64,000 nucleotides of DNA from Ignavibacteria bacterium UBA2360. GTDB taxonomy: Bacteria; Bacteroidota; Ignavibacteria; Tepidaquicellales; OLB5. The notes below the pieces were generated by a model. That model made no database searches, was not told where the DNA came from, and saw only the letters and a list, made by a program, of their open reading frames with translations. Positions 28,176-37,229 of the stretch are shown one piece after another (within the stretch, counting starts at the first letter, position 1; the number at the start of each line of letters is the position of its first letter). A program made the position numbers and the translations under genes. The stretch is from NCBI GenBank assembly GCA_002344125.1, contig DDTQ01000011.1, positions 1,052,463-1,116,462 of the forward strand, given 5' to 3'.

Positions 28176-30698
28176 TTATTTTACCAGCATCATTTTCTTA
28201 ACTGATGTGAACTCGCCAGCATCAATTCTGTAGAAGTAGATTCCGCTTGCCATATTTGAAGCATTGAAATCAGCTGTATGGAAACCCGGCTGTTTCACTT
28301 CATTTACAAGTGTAGCAACTTCTCTGCCCAATACATCAAATATCTTTAATGATACGTTCACAGCTTTTGGAACTGAGAACTTTATTGATGTTGTTGGGTT
28401 GAACGGATTAGGATAGTTCTGTGAAAGTGAATAGTAGTTAGGTATTTCAATGGTTCCTATACCGCCTACTAATGTTCTGTATGTAACCTGTATGCACCAT
28501 GCTTTTAATACGCCTGAATCACCGGAAACAGCATCATCAATTCCGAGTACCCATGAACCGTTGAGTGTCTGTCCGTTGAGCGCTGAAAGCGGTGAGGAAG
28601 GCTGGAATGTTCCTGTGAAAGGAGCAGTTCCGCTTGATATTGGTGTTGTAGCTGAATCATTCAATACTGTACCAATAAAGTTATCACCTGAGCCGCCAAC
28701 TGCGCTGATAAAGTTAACATTTGCCGCGCCTCTTCTTAAATTGAATGTAAGATCTGAATCCCATGTGTGAAGCACGGTATCAATTCTTACGTTAACATCA
28801 ACAACATCAAATGTGTTGGCAATGTTAACCATTATTGAATCGCGGGGAGCTGAACCAACTGATGGGATCAGGATATTTAATCCGTTTCTGCACCACTGGC
28901 CCTGGTTAAATACTGTACCTGTCGGGAAAACCTGAACTGTTGTTACGATGGTATCATTAGCCCTGTTTTCATCTGTAGCCGCGCCGCTGAATATTCTGAG
29001 TGTATAGTTACCTGCAATTGTAGGATTCCATGAGAATGAAGAAGAATCTACTGCGCCTGAAGGTAAACTTGATATTGTGTTTGTTGTCTGTATTGTTCCG
29101 TTTACTGAGAATCTTACAGGTAAGTTTGTCTGTGCGTTTGTTCCGCCGTTTGTAACTTTACCTTTTATAGCATATGTTCCGCCCGCTGTGAATGTACCCG
29201 GCAAGCTTAAGAACGGACCAACTACTACATCATTTGCAGGCGGCGGACCGTATGTGATACCAACTGTCCAAACCTGGTAAACACCCGATGAGTTATCAGC
29301 CCAGAACGGGAAAATTTTACCGGAACCTGAAGAGAATGTCATTCCTGTATAGTCACCCTGGTAACCGCCGGCAAGACCCGGGATCGGAGCAGGTGTGAAT
29401 GTATGATCACTTACTGCAACGTCGGTCCATGTAGCACCGCCGTTCAGTGAACGTGACATCCAGTATTCTGTTACAAATCCTGATGTATTTCTCTGGTCAT
29501 AATAAGCAACGTTTACACCGCCATCAGGAGTTACGCAAACTGAAGGCATATAGTTATATCTTCCGTTTGAAGGATCCTGGTTAACTTTTGAATGTGACCA
29601 GCTTGCACCGCCGTTTGAAGAGATACAAATTGTTACGTCTGATACGTCTAATGTGAGCGGTCCGCCTGATTTTTCAGCGAGAACTGCGTATAACCAGCCG
29701 TTTCTTGAGCCGCCTGTCATATCAATAGCCAGGCGCGGGAAACCTGAAGCGCGGATTCCGTTGAACAAGCTTGCTGCGCGGATACCGTTAACATCTACTG
29801 CTGTGTTTGTCTGGTCAATCCATGTTACACCGCCGTCTGTTGATCTTGCAAAACCTAAATGATCTTCTGTTGAATTCTGACCATTAGTTGTGCAATGTGC
29901 CCAAACAACATAAACTACGCCGCCGGGACCAACTCTGATATCGCAGCCCTGCTGGTGATGTCCTGATGCGGGTGTAGGTGAAACAGGCTGAGCTGTTGAC
30001 CATGTAACACCGCCATCAGTTGAATATGAACCAACTATTCTGTTTACAAATGTGCCGCCGAAGTTTGTCCATACTGTGTAAGCACGGCCAAAAAACGGAC
30101 TGCCTGTTGTTTCATCTACTGCTGAGAAATTTTTATCAAAACTTGATGCACCGGGGAAGTTCATATCAAACACCCATGATGTACCGTTGTTTGTTGAGTG
30201 ACCGAAGCCCTGGATACATGAAAGTCCAAGTCTGCCTGCCCATGTGCTGCCTGTTGGCCATATGATAGCGCCCGGATCTCCGCTGTTCGGAGTGTACATC
30301 TGGTGGCTGCCTGTCCAGCTTGTACCGCCATTATTTGAAAAGGCAAAACCTGTTCCAAAGAATGAAGGTCCATATGAGTTCCATGATGCGAACATTACAG
30401 AGCCGTTGCCCTTCATTGTTGTTGCATCTACTTCACTCTGGGTTGCTGTATGAGGGAAAGGTCTTACGTTCGGCGGAAGAACTAAAAGTTCAGAGCCTGT
30501 GTTTACGTATCTTGTTGTGGTGTTTGGATTTTGGTAATTCACCTGGTCCTGCGCTGCCGGTAAATCATAGTACTCACCTGTTGGCAGTACTTTCATCATA
30601 GGTGTTTTCCACACCCAATCCGGCGCATCCTGTGATATCACACTGCCTGTAAACAGGAGTGCACACACAAAGAAAAGTGTTGATCTTAGTTTCATCAT
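28176..30698 (-). CDS. Secreted BNR/sialidase-like beta-propeller protein with CARDB-like, P-domain and T9SS sorting domains
   Basis: Six BNR (Asp-box) motifs: SNNGGTSW, STNNGTSW, STDGGVTW x2, SSNGGASW, SLNGGATW. Then GPPPANDVVVGPF... (CARDB-like), a P-domain, and NYPNPFNP...KKMMLVK. Confidence 0.85.
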   Translation of the reverse strand: MMKLRSTLFFVCALLFTGSVISQDAPDWVWKTPMMKVLPTGEYYDLPAAQDQVNYQNPNTTTRYVNTGSELLVLPPNVRPFPHTATQSEVDATTMKGNGSVMFASWNSYGPSFFGTGFAFSNNGGTSWTGSHQMYTPNSGDPGAIIWPTGSTWAGRLGLSCIQGFGHSTNNGTSWVFDMNFPGASSFDKNFSAVDETTGSPFFGRAYTVWTNFGGTFVNRIVGSYSTDGGVTWSTAQPVSPTPASGHHQQGCDIRVGPGGVVYVVWAHCTTNGQNSTEDHLGFARSTDGGVTWIDQTNTAVDVNGIRAASLFNGIRASGFPRLAIDMTGGSRNGWLYAVLAEKSGGPLTLDVSDVTICISSNGGASWSHSKVNQDPSNGRYNYMPSVCVTPDGGVNVAYYDQRNTSGFVTEYWMSRSLNGGATWTDVAVSDHTFTPAPIPGLAGGYQGDYTGMTFSSGSGKIFPFWADNSSGVYQVWTVGITYGPPPANDVVVGPFLSLPGTFTAGGTYAIKGKVTNGGTNAQTNLPVRFSVNGTIQTTNTISSLPSGAVDSSSFSWNPTIAGNYTLRIFSGAATDENRANDTIVTTVQVFPTGTVFNQGQWCRNGLNILIPSVGSAPRDSIMVNIANTFDVVDVNVRIDTVLHTWDSDLTFNLRRGAANVNFISAVGGSGDNFIGTVLNDSATTPISSGTAPFTGTFQPSSPLSALNGQTLNGSWVLGIDDAVSGDSGVLKAWCIQVTYRTLVGGIGTIEIPNYYSLSQNYPNPFNPTTSIKFSVPKAVNVSLKIFDVLGREVATLVNEVKQPGFHTADFNASNMASGIYFYRIDAGEFTSVKKMMLVK

Positions 30699-30732
30699 TT
30701 CCTCCTGGGTATATTATAGTACACCCAAATGA
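30695..30732 (-). promoter_or_regulatory. 5' leader stem-loop that pairs the start-codon region and leaves CAGGAGG unpaired
   Basis: Minus-strand RNA: UCAUUU-GGGUGUA-cuauaau-AUACCC-AGGAGG-AAAUGA. The outer 6-bp stem contains the AUG. Confidence 0.4.
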
Positions 30733-30950
30733 TTTTAGTTTGGTTAATTAAAAAGTGATTTTTTGTACCGCATTTTAAGCGATTATTTCAATAAATGCAA
30801 GTTTATTTTTAGTGTTTAACGTGTATTTATAAAACTTATTGGTAGTGTAGTATATCAGATGGACTACACTTTATTGACGGTTGTTTCTAATTGTACCATA
30901 CGCAATTCTTTTTGATGATTTATTTTTTTAATTTTTGAGTATTTTATAAG

Positions 30951-32249
30951 ATGAACAATATTTTAAAATTTTGCCTTTTAATCAGCATTTTTGTTAATCT
31001 TTTAAGCACAATGGCATTTTCACAGGTCTATTGGCTCGATCACCCTTCGCCGGTTGAAAAGAGATTGTTTCGCGCGCAGTTTGTGGATTCTGCTTATGGT
31101 TGGGTTGTGGGTGATTCAGGCACAATAATCAACACAACAAACAGCGGCGCAACATGGATCGCTCAGAATTCAGGGGTTGTAGGCGCAGATCTTAAAGATC
31201 TTTCATTTACCTCCAGAACGAACGGTTGGGTGATATCATTTGATTCAACATACAAAAGCTTCTTGCTCAAGACAACAAATTCAGGGGCAGTATGGAGCAA
31301 AATATACTTTCCTGATACTACCACAATATTAAAAACAGTTTGTTTCATTAATGAAACCACGGGATTTGTTTCGGGATTCAGCGGGTATATTTACAGAACC
31401 ACCAATGCGGGCATTAACTGGAGTAACAGTTATATTGATACGACAAGCTGTTTGTATCTGTTTCCTAAAGATGATATAGTTTTTATAAATGCGCTTACTG
31501 GATTCGCATGCGGGGGAGTTCTTGACCTGCAGGGCATTTTTGTTAAAACTACCAACGGCGGTGATAGCTGGTTTTCTATGTGTGTTGCGGCAGAGCCGCT
31601 TCACGAGATCCGCGATCTGGGGAACGGCAGAATCGCAGTAATGGGTGGAGATTATGATCTGGGCAGTATTCTTGCTGTATCTTCAGATGGAGGAAATAAC
31701 TGGGTATATGAGCAAACAGGTTGTTTCGGCAACGCCGAAGGCTTCGCCTTCAGGACGCCCTCGGAAGTATGGGCTGCGCTGAATTTTGCCGGCAGGTTTG
31801 CGGTTAATCTCGATTCCATGAAACCCGGTTCCAGGTGGGAGTGCGTTGATTCCCCGGGACAGGTTGAAGTGAATGATGTTGAATTCCTTAACCCGCAGCT
31901 GGGGTTTGCCTTTGGCGATAGAGGAAAGATCTTTAAATATAATTCTTCCGTAATAGGTGTAAGCAGCACCGGAAACAATGTGCCCATGGAAAGTGAATTG
32001 CTTCAAAACTATCCAAACCCATTTAACCCTGAAACAATGATTGAGTACTTCCTCTCTTCGCCTTCAGATGTTGTGATACAAGTTTATGACAACACGGGCA
32101 AAGAAGTTATGAACTTTAATGAAGGTAACAAGAATTCAGGCAGGCACAGCATTTCCCTGAACTTCAGCAATTTTCCTTCGGGTGTGTATTTCTACAAACT
32201 CAACTTTGGCAGCAGTTCATTAAGCCGCAAAATGGTTTTGATAAAGTGA
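30951..32249 (+). CDS. Ycf48/BNR-like beta-propeller protein with a T9SS sorting domain
   Basis: Repeated T(T/S)N(S/A/G)G..W blades (TTNSGATW, TTNSGAVW, TTNAGINW, TTNGGDSW, SSDGGNNW). C-terminus NYPNPFNP...RKMVLIK. Confidence 0.8.
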   Translation: MNNILKFCLLISIFVNLLSTMAFSQVYWLDHPSPVEKRLFRAQFVDSAYGWVVGDSGTIINTTNSGATWIAQNSGVVGADLKDLSFTSRTNGWVISFDSTYKSFLLKTTNSGAVWSKIYFPDTTTILKTVCFINETTGFVSGFSGYIYRTTNAGINWSNSYIDTTSCLYLFPKDDIVFINALTGFACGGVLDLQGIFVKTTNGGDSWFSMCVAAEPLHEIRDLGNGRIAVMGGDYDLGSILAVSSDGGNNWVYEQTGCFGNAEGFAFRTPSEVWAALNFAGRFAVNLDSMKPGSRWECVDSPGQVEVNDVEFLNPQLGFAFGDRGKIFKYNSSVIGVSSTGNNVPMESELLQNYPNPFNPETMIEYFLSSPSDVVIQVYDNTGKEVMNFNEGNKNSGRHSISLNFSNFPSGVYFYKLNFGSSSLSRKMVLIK

Positions 32250-32660
32250 ACTCTGCTCAATATTAGTCCCCGCAGAGTCTCCTTCTTCGGAGAGACACCG
32301 TGCCGACAGTTGTAAATATTTTGAATAAATAAATTCTGAGAACTTTTTGTACGACCTCCCCTAAATCCCCTCCAAAGGAGGGGACTTAAAATCAAAATAT
32401 AACTCCGTTTGATACAAATTTGTATCCGCACAGTCCTTTGCTTTACGTTCAGCTTTTTGGACTCTACGGATTTATTTAATTTTAGTAACCCCACCAGCTC
32501 CCCTCAAAGGGGAAGGGCGTTTTCATTTTTCTTCGGAGAGACACCGTGAATAATTAAACTACAATCCGTCACATTTGAGCCCCGAAGGGGCGGGATATAT
32601 CAGCGATGGGCGAAGCCCATCGTGATTACTACACGAACAATCTTAGCCCTGAAAGGGCGT
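32250..32660. repeat. Mosaic of hairpin modules shared with 24.8-25.3 kb, 27.8-28.1 kb and 36.06-36.19 kb
   Basis: Contains CGCAGAGTC..TTCGGAGAGA twice, the CCCCTCCAAAGGAGGGG module, CAGCGATGGGCGAAGCCCATCGTGAT and AGCCCTGAAAGGGCG. Confidence 0.85.
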
Positions 32661-32702
32661 AATAAAAAAATGCACAGGGCTCAGATAGAAAATTTAAACA
32701 AA

Positions 32703-32729
32703 TAAAAAGGCGCCTATTTCAGGCGCCTT
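32703..32729 (-). terminator. Rho-independent terminator for the 905-aa S8 gene
   Basis: AAGGCGCCT-atttc-AGGCGCCTT with a T-run on the minus strand. Confidence 0.75.
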
Positions 32730-32771
32730 CGTTCTAAAACGGGGTAATACTACATTGAAGCGTTAACAGTT

Positions 32772-35489
32772 TTATTTTACAAGAACCATTCTTTTTACTG
32801 ATGTGAATTCACCTGCATCGATTCTATAGAAATAAATTCCGCTGGCAAGTTCTGATGCGTTGAAATCAACTGTATGGAAACCCGGTTGTTTCACTTCGTT
32901 CACAAGTGTTACAACTTCTTTACCTAATACGTCATATATCTTAAGTACAACATTTGATGGTGTTGGTACTGAATATTTGATCGAAGTATTCGGGTTGAAC
33001 GGATTGGGGTAATTTTGTGCCAAAGAAAAATAATTAGGTATTTCAATGGTTTGAATACCGCCAACAACTGTCTGGTAGGTTATTTGTAAACACCATGCTT
33101 TCAGCAGTCCGGTATCACCGGTAGCGCCGTCAGAGATCGAAAGAGTCCAGGTACCGTTAACAGCCTGGCCTACGAAAGGAGCAAGTGGTGAGGATGGAAT
33201 GAAGGAACCGGTAAAAGGCGCTGTTCCGCTTGCAATTGGTGTTGCAGCTGAATCATTCAAAACTGTTCCAATAAAATTATCACCGCTGCCTCCAACACCT
33301 GAAATTATATTCACATTTGTAGCCCCTTTTATAAGTGAAATTGACAGGTCCGCATCCCAGGTATGGATAATTGTATCTATCCTTACATTCACATCAACGA
33401 TGTTAAATGAATTCGCGATATTTACAACCATATTATCACTTACAGTAGAATTATCGGGGATAACTAAATTTACATTGTTCCTGCAAATTGTGGTTTGTGT
33501 ATTTACTACACCTGAGGGAAGTACTGTTACTACTGCGGTAACTGTATCGTTTGACCTGTTGTTATCAACTGCAAGACCTGTCGCGATCTTTAAAGTATAG
33601 TTGCCAACAACTGTTGGTGTCCATGAAAATGTCACGGAATCATTTCCGCCTGCAGGCAGGCTTGGTATTGTTACCGTTGATCCGACAATTGTTCCGTTCA
33701 CAAAGAACCTGCAAGGAACGTTAGTCTGCGCGTTTGTACCAATGTTTGAAATTCTTGATCTTATATTGTACGCAGTGTTTACAGTAAAGCTTCCGGGGAA
33801 GCTTAAGAACGGACCTGCTGCAACATCGTTTGCAGGCGGTGGACCCACTGCAAGCAACGCGAGGTTTGCGTTTACAATACCGTATCCCATTTCATTATTC
33901 CATGTATTTCCTAAGTTGGCAAGCGGTCCCGCGGAAGTATAGCTGTAGCTGCCGCGTTTCTGAGCTGTTCTGTTTATTCTTGCTCTTACAGTATCCCAGG
34001 TTTGAGATGAGTCTTTGGAAAGCAGTAGTCCCGCTACACCTGAGGTGTTAGGGGTTGCGCTTGATGTTCCGTTAAATGAGTTTGTATAGCCGCCACCCTG
34101 AACTGTTGCGTATATTTTTACACAGGGCGCTACTATATCAAGTCCTGTTCCGTAGTTTGCTCCCCACCAGTTTTCATTGTCACAGCTGGAAGGTGATTTT
34201 CTTTGGTTACACGGACTTACACCGCCAACTGAAATTACAGTTGTAAGCGTAGAAGGCCAGCTCAATGCGCCGTTACCGTTTCCGGTTGCGAAAACCCAGA
34301 CGATACCCTTTCCGTTTCTGCCTAATGTTGTACCGTCAAGTATTGCGTTATCTGCAGCGCTTACCGGACTTCCGCCGCCCCATGAGTTGCTGCTGATCCA
34401 GCAGTTTCCGAACGTTCTTACACCGATCATAGCATTCGTAATAGCGGCTGTTGTTGTGCTTCCTCCTGAGTTGAATATTTTTGCAGAAAATACTTTTGCG
34501 TTTGGCGCAACTCCTGAAATACCTATTGTATTATTCCCAAGAGCCGCGATTATTCCGGCGCAGGAAGCGCCATGTCCGAAATCGTCAATACCGCCGTAAG
34601 TGTTGGCGTAGTAATTGAAGTTGTAACCGTTTACCACGTTAGCCGAAAGATCTGGGTGAGTTGTATCCATACCTGAATCTACAACAGAGATCCTGCATTG
34701 CTGAATTCCTGTTGTTTGGTTCCATGCGCTATCCAGGCCCATATCATTGTTCGCTGTTCCTGTCCCTGTTACAGGTATATTTGTACCGGTATTGATTGCT
34801 GACCACTGCATTGGAAAGAACTGGTCATTTGGTACCAGCTGAAGCAGATTGGTGTAAAAGAAACCCGGGTCAGCGTAATTTACAACCCCGTTTTCATAGA
34901 CTTCATTAGCGTATTCTATTGAAGTTTTACTTGTTCCGGTTGGTATCTGCACAAGATATGAAAGTCCGCCGGTTAACTCAAGCTGCTGAAGGATCGTCAT
35001 GTTCTTGCCTTTTAAGTACTGATCCACCTGCTGCCTGCTGAAGTTTGGTTTGAACTGAAGTATTATGTTATCCTCGCATCCTATCAATGTGTTTCTGTTT
35101 CCTAATCCTTCTTTCACGCCAAACACAGGTGAAGCTGTTAAAACTGAGTTGTTTGATCTTAGTGCGCTGATTATTGTGTTTATTGATGTGTTATCAAGCG
35201 CGCCGGTTAACTTTATGAACTGCCTTACATCATTTTTTTCAAATGAGTAATCGGCCGGTATAGTGCCGTATGAACTGATCATATTTTCAAATTCTGTCCG
35301 GCTGATTTCACTTTTCAGCTTAACAAAAATCATATCTGTTTTGTGCTCAAGGTAATACTTTTGACCCTGGTAATAATAATAGTTTGTAACGCTTGAGGCG
35401 TTACTTCCGGTTACCGGAGCATTCCACCCTATGAAGCTGGATGAAACAGCAAATATAATAAGTAATACTAATCCGGATATTTTTTTCAT
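32772..35489 (-). CDS. Secreted S8 subtilase with CARDB-like, P-domain and T9SS sorting domains
   Basis: Triad contexts VVDSGMDTTHPDL / HGASCAG / GTSSATPNTSG. The C-terminal ~358 aa are collinear with those of the BNR protein. C-terminus NYPNPFNP...KRMVLVK. Confidence 0.9.
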   Translation of the reverse strand: MKKISGLVLLIIFAVSSSFIGWNAPVTGSNASSVTNYYYYQGQKYYLEHKTDMIFVKLKSEISRTEFENMISSYGTIPADYSFEKNDVRQFIKLTGALDNTSINTIISALRSNNSVLTASPVFGVKEGLGNRNTLIGCEDNIILQFKPNFSRQQVDQYLKGKNMTILQQLELTGGLSYLVQIPTGTSKTSIEYANEVYENGVVNYADPGFFYTNLLQLVPNDQFFPMQWSAINTGTNIPVTGTGTANNDMGLDSAWNQTTGIQQCRISVVDSGMDTTHPDLSANVVNGYNFNYYANTYGGIDDFGHGASCAGIIAALGNNTIGISGVAPNAKVFSAKIFNSGGSTTTAAITNAMIGVRTFGNCWISSNSWGGGSPVSAADNAILDGTTLGRNGKGIVWVFATGNGNGALSWPSTLTTVISVGGVSPCNQRKSPSSCDNENWWGANYGTGLDIVAPCVKIYATVQGGGYTNSFNGTSSATPNTSGVAGLLLSKDSSQTWDTVRARINRTAQKRGSYSYTSAGPLANLGNTWNNEMGYGIVNANLALLAVGPPPANDVAAGPFLSFPGSFTVNTAYNIRSRISNIGTNAQTNVPCRFFVNGTIVGSTVTIPSLPAGGNDSVTFSWTPTVVGNYTLKIATGLAVDNNRSNDTVTAVVTVLPSGVVNTQTTICRNNVNLVIPDNSTVSDNMVVNIANSFNIVDVNVRIDTIIHTWDADLSISLIKGATNVNIISGVGGSGDNFIGTVLNDSAATPIASGTAPFTGSFIPSSPLAPFVGQAVNGTWTLSISDGATGDTGLLKAWCLQITYQTVVGGIQTIEIPNYFSLAQNYPNPFNPNTSIKYSVPTPSNVVLKIYDVLGKEVVTLVNEVKQPGFHTVDFNASELASGIYFYRIDAGEFTSVKRMVLVK

Positions 35490-35589
35490 TTTAAAGCTAT
35501 CTCCTTTGGTTTATTTTTTTGTAATGCTGCGCTTTTTTACATTAGAAAAACAATTGTGTTTTTGCTTAATGTAGAAAATGTCTTTTGTC

Positions 35590-35650
35590 CATTTTATTCC
35601 TCCTGTATTTCAATACGAAAACCCATTTCGTATCGATATACAATAAAATG
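35590..35650 (-). promoter_or_regulatory. Leader unit R1: strong SD plus the AUG of an 8-codon mini-ORF, with the AUG paired to an upstream arm
   Basis: Minus strand: CAUUUUAUU-guau-[UACGAAA..UUUCGUA hairpin]-..CAGGAGG-AAUAAAAUG. The mini-ORF MDKRHFLH* occupies 35566-35592. Confidence 0.4.
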
Positions 35651-35802
35651 AAACTATTGAGTTAATTATGTTTTAATGAGATCTTGATCCTTGCAGAAAA
35701 TGCAGGCGGGGATATTTGTAGAATGAGGATAAATGAAACGCCATTCAACAAGAACCCATATCGCATTTGCCGCATGGTTATTGCTAAAAAATTTTTGGCG
35801 TT

Positions 35803-35848
35803 CATTTTATTCCTCCTGCATGCAGCAAATGCCGCATACAATAAAATG
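35803..35848 (-). promoter_or_regulatory. Leader unit R2: duplicate of R1 preceding a 47-codon ORF
   Basis: It has the same 16-nt CAGGAGGAATAAAATG and TTCATTTTATTGTAT arms as R1 around an imperfect inner hairpin. The ORF occupies 35662-35805. Confidence 0.35.
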
Positions 35849-36102
35849 AAGTCATACTTATTTAATGCAAATTTCGCTTAATTCATTTAAATAGTCAAGT
35901 TACTATTTGGCTGTAAAGATACTCCTCTCAATTTGGAACAATGCTGCTTCCAAAACGAACTAAGCTGCTGTATTTATGTAAAATAGATTCTGTTAATTTC
36001 CATTACGTGTGGGTAATTCAGTAAGCCACTCTGGATACCCTCACAGGGGGAAGTCAGATTTTCGCAGAGTCCTCCTTCGGAGAGACTTCGGGAAAACTGA
36101 GT

Positions 36103-36188
36103 AAAAAAAACCTTCAAGGTCTTAAAGACCCGGAAGGTTTAAATTGGGGCAACCACGAAAAAAATACGACCCACCGGGTCGTCTCTAC
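36103..36188 (-). terminator. Tandem terminators after lipB, built from the dispersed hairpin modules
   Basis: On the minus strand, ACGACCCGGTGGGTCGT is followed by T7 (36158-36182) and AACCTTC..GAAGGTT by T8 (36103-36139). Confidence 0.6.
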
Positions 36189-36221
36189 AAAAAGCGAATT
36201 ACAATACCCCATCGGAAATAC

Positions 36222-36860
36222 TTAAATAGTCCCCTTAAACACTTCCTTAAAATTCTTAACAAACAGGTCTTTGATCTTTTTAAGATCTTCCGGTTCCCCG
36301 GTCAATTTCTGAATGCTTGTTACTCCTTTGTGAAATATTCCGCAGGGTATAATCCTGTCAAAGTAGGTAAGGTCTGTGTTTACATTAAATGCAATTCCGT
36401 GCATTGTTATCCATCTTGAAACCTTAATACCGATTGCGCATATTTTTTCTTCACCGACCCATACCCCTGTAAATTCTTCTTCACGGTGCGCATCAATTCC
36501 AATATCTTTTAGTGTAAGGATAACCGTTTCTTCAAGCTCACGCAAATAGCGGTGTGTATCTTTGTAATAGTTGTTTAAATCAAGTATCGGGTAAGCAACC
36601 AATTGCCCCGGTCCGTGATAAGTGATATCGCCGCCGCGGTCAATTTCATAATATGATATTCCCTTTGATTTCATTTCTTCATCGCTTATGAGGATATGAT
36701 CCCGGGAACCCGTTTTGCCGAGCGTATAGACATGATTATGCTCTACAGTGTACAGAATATCCTCAGTTGAACCGTTTTGTTTCTTAAGGTGGGTTTCCTT
36801 CTGCAGGTCCCAAACCTGCTTATAGTCAGCTTGCCCTAAATCTATGTGCTTTATTGCCAT
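36222..36860 (-). CDS. lipB: Lipoyl(octanoyl) transferase
   Basis: LipB signatures ...RGGDITYHGPGQLV.YPI... and ...KI.AIGIKVSRWITMHG.AFNV...; 212 aa. Confidence 0.9.
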   Translation of the reverse strand: MAIKHIDLGQADYKQVWDLQKETHLKKQNGSTEDILYTVEHNHVYTLGKTGSRDHILISDEEMKSKGISYYEIDRGGDITYHGPGQLVAYPILDLNNYYKDTHRYLRELEETVILTLKDIGIDAHREEEFTGVWVGEEKICAIGIKVSRWITMHGIAFNVNTDLTYFDRIIPCGIFHKGVTSIQKLTGEPEDLKKIKDLFVKNFKEVFKGTI

Positions 36861-37229
36861 TTATGTATCAAATTCCTTTATGGGAACAAGTTTAACAATA
36901 AAAGGTTTCAAGTAATATTCAGTTAATTAGTTCTCAAATTAATAGCAAGAAAACTCCGCAATTTAATCAAAATCAAAAATTCCCCTCTTAATAGGGGTGG
37001 CTGACCGGCGAAAGCCGGGAAGACGGGGTGTGTCAAAACCATACCGGTAAGAATTAATTATCTTACTTGAAAAACAGCATTTATGGGCAAAAAATTCGCG
37101 CTATCTGCATTAAATATATGAATATTGCAGAGTTTATTTAATATTTAACTTGATTTTACGGGTTCAAATTTTTATATTCGATTCTGAATTCGCAAAAATA
37201 GGAAATTAAATCATGGAGAAAGTAAATAT

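Noticed and set aside
35662-35805. The 47-codon minus-strand ORF behind leader unit R2 as a genuine small protein
   Set aside because: It has a strong SD but no recognisable motif, it overlaps an equally long plus-strand ORF, and it contains copies of the local repeat (GCCGCAT). I report it only as part of a candidate regulatory leader.
24740-36200. Possible CRISPR arrays, given the many short palindromic repeats
   Set aside because: There is no constant-length direct repeat alternating with unique spacers. The modules differ in sequence, order and orientation, and no cas genes are present.
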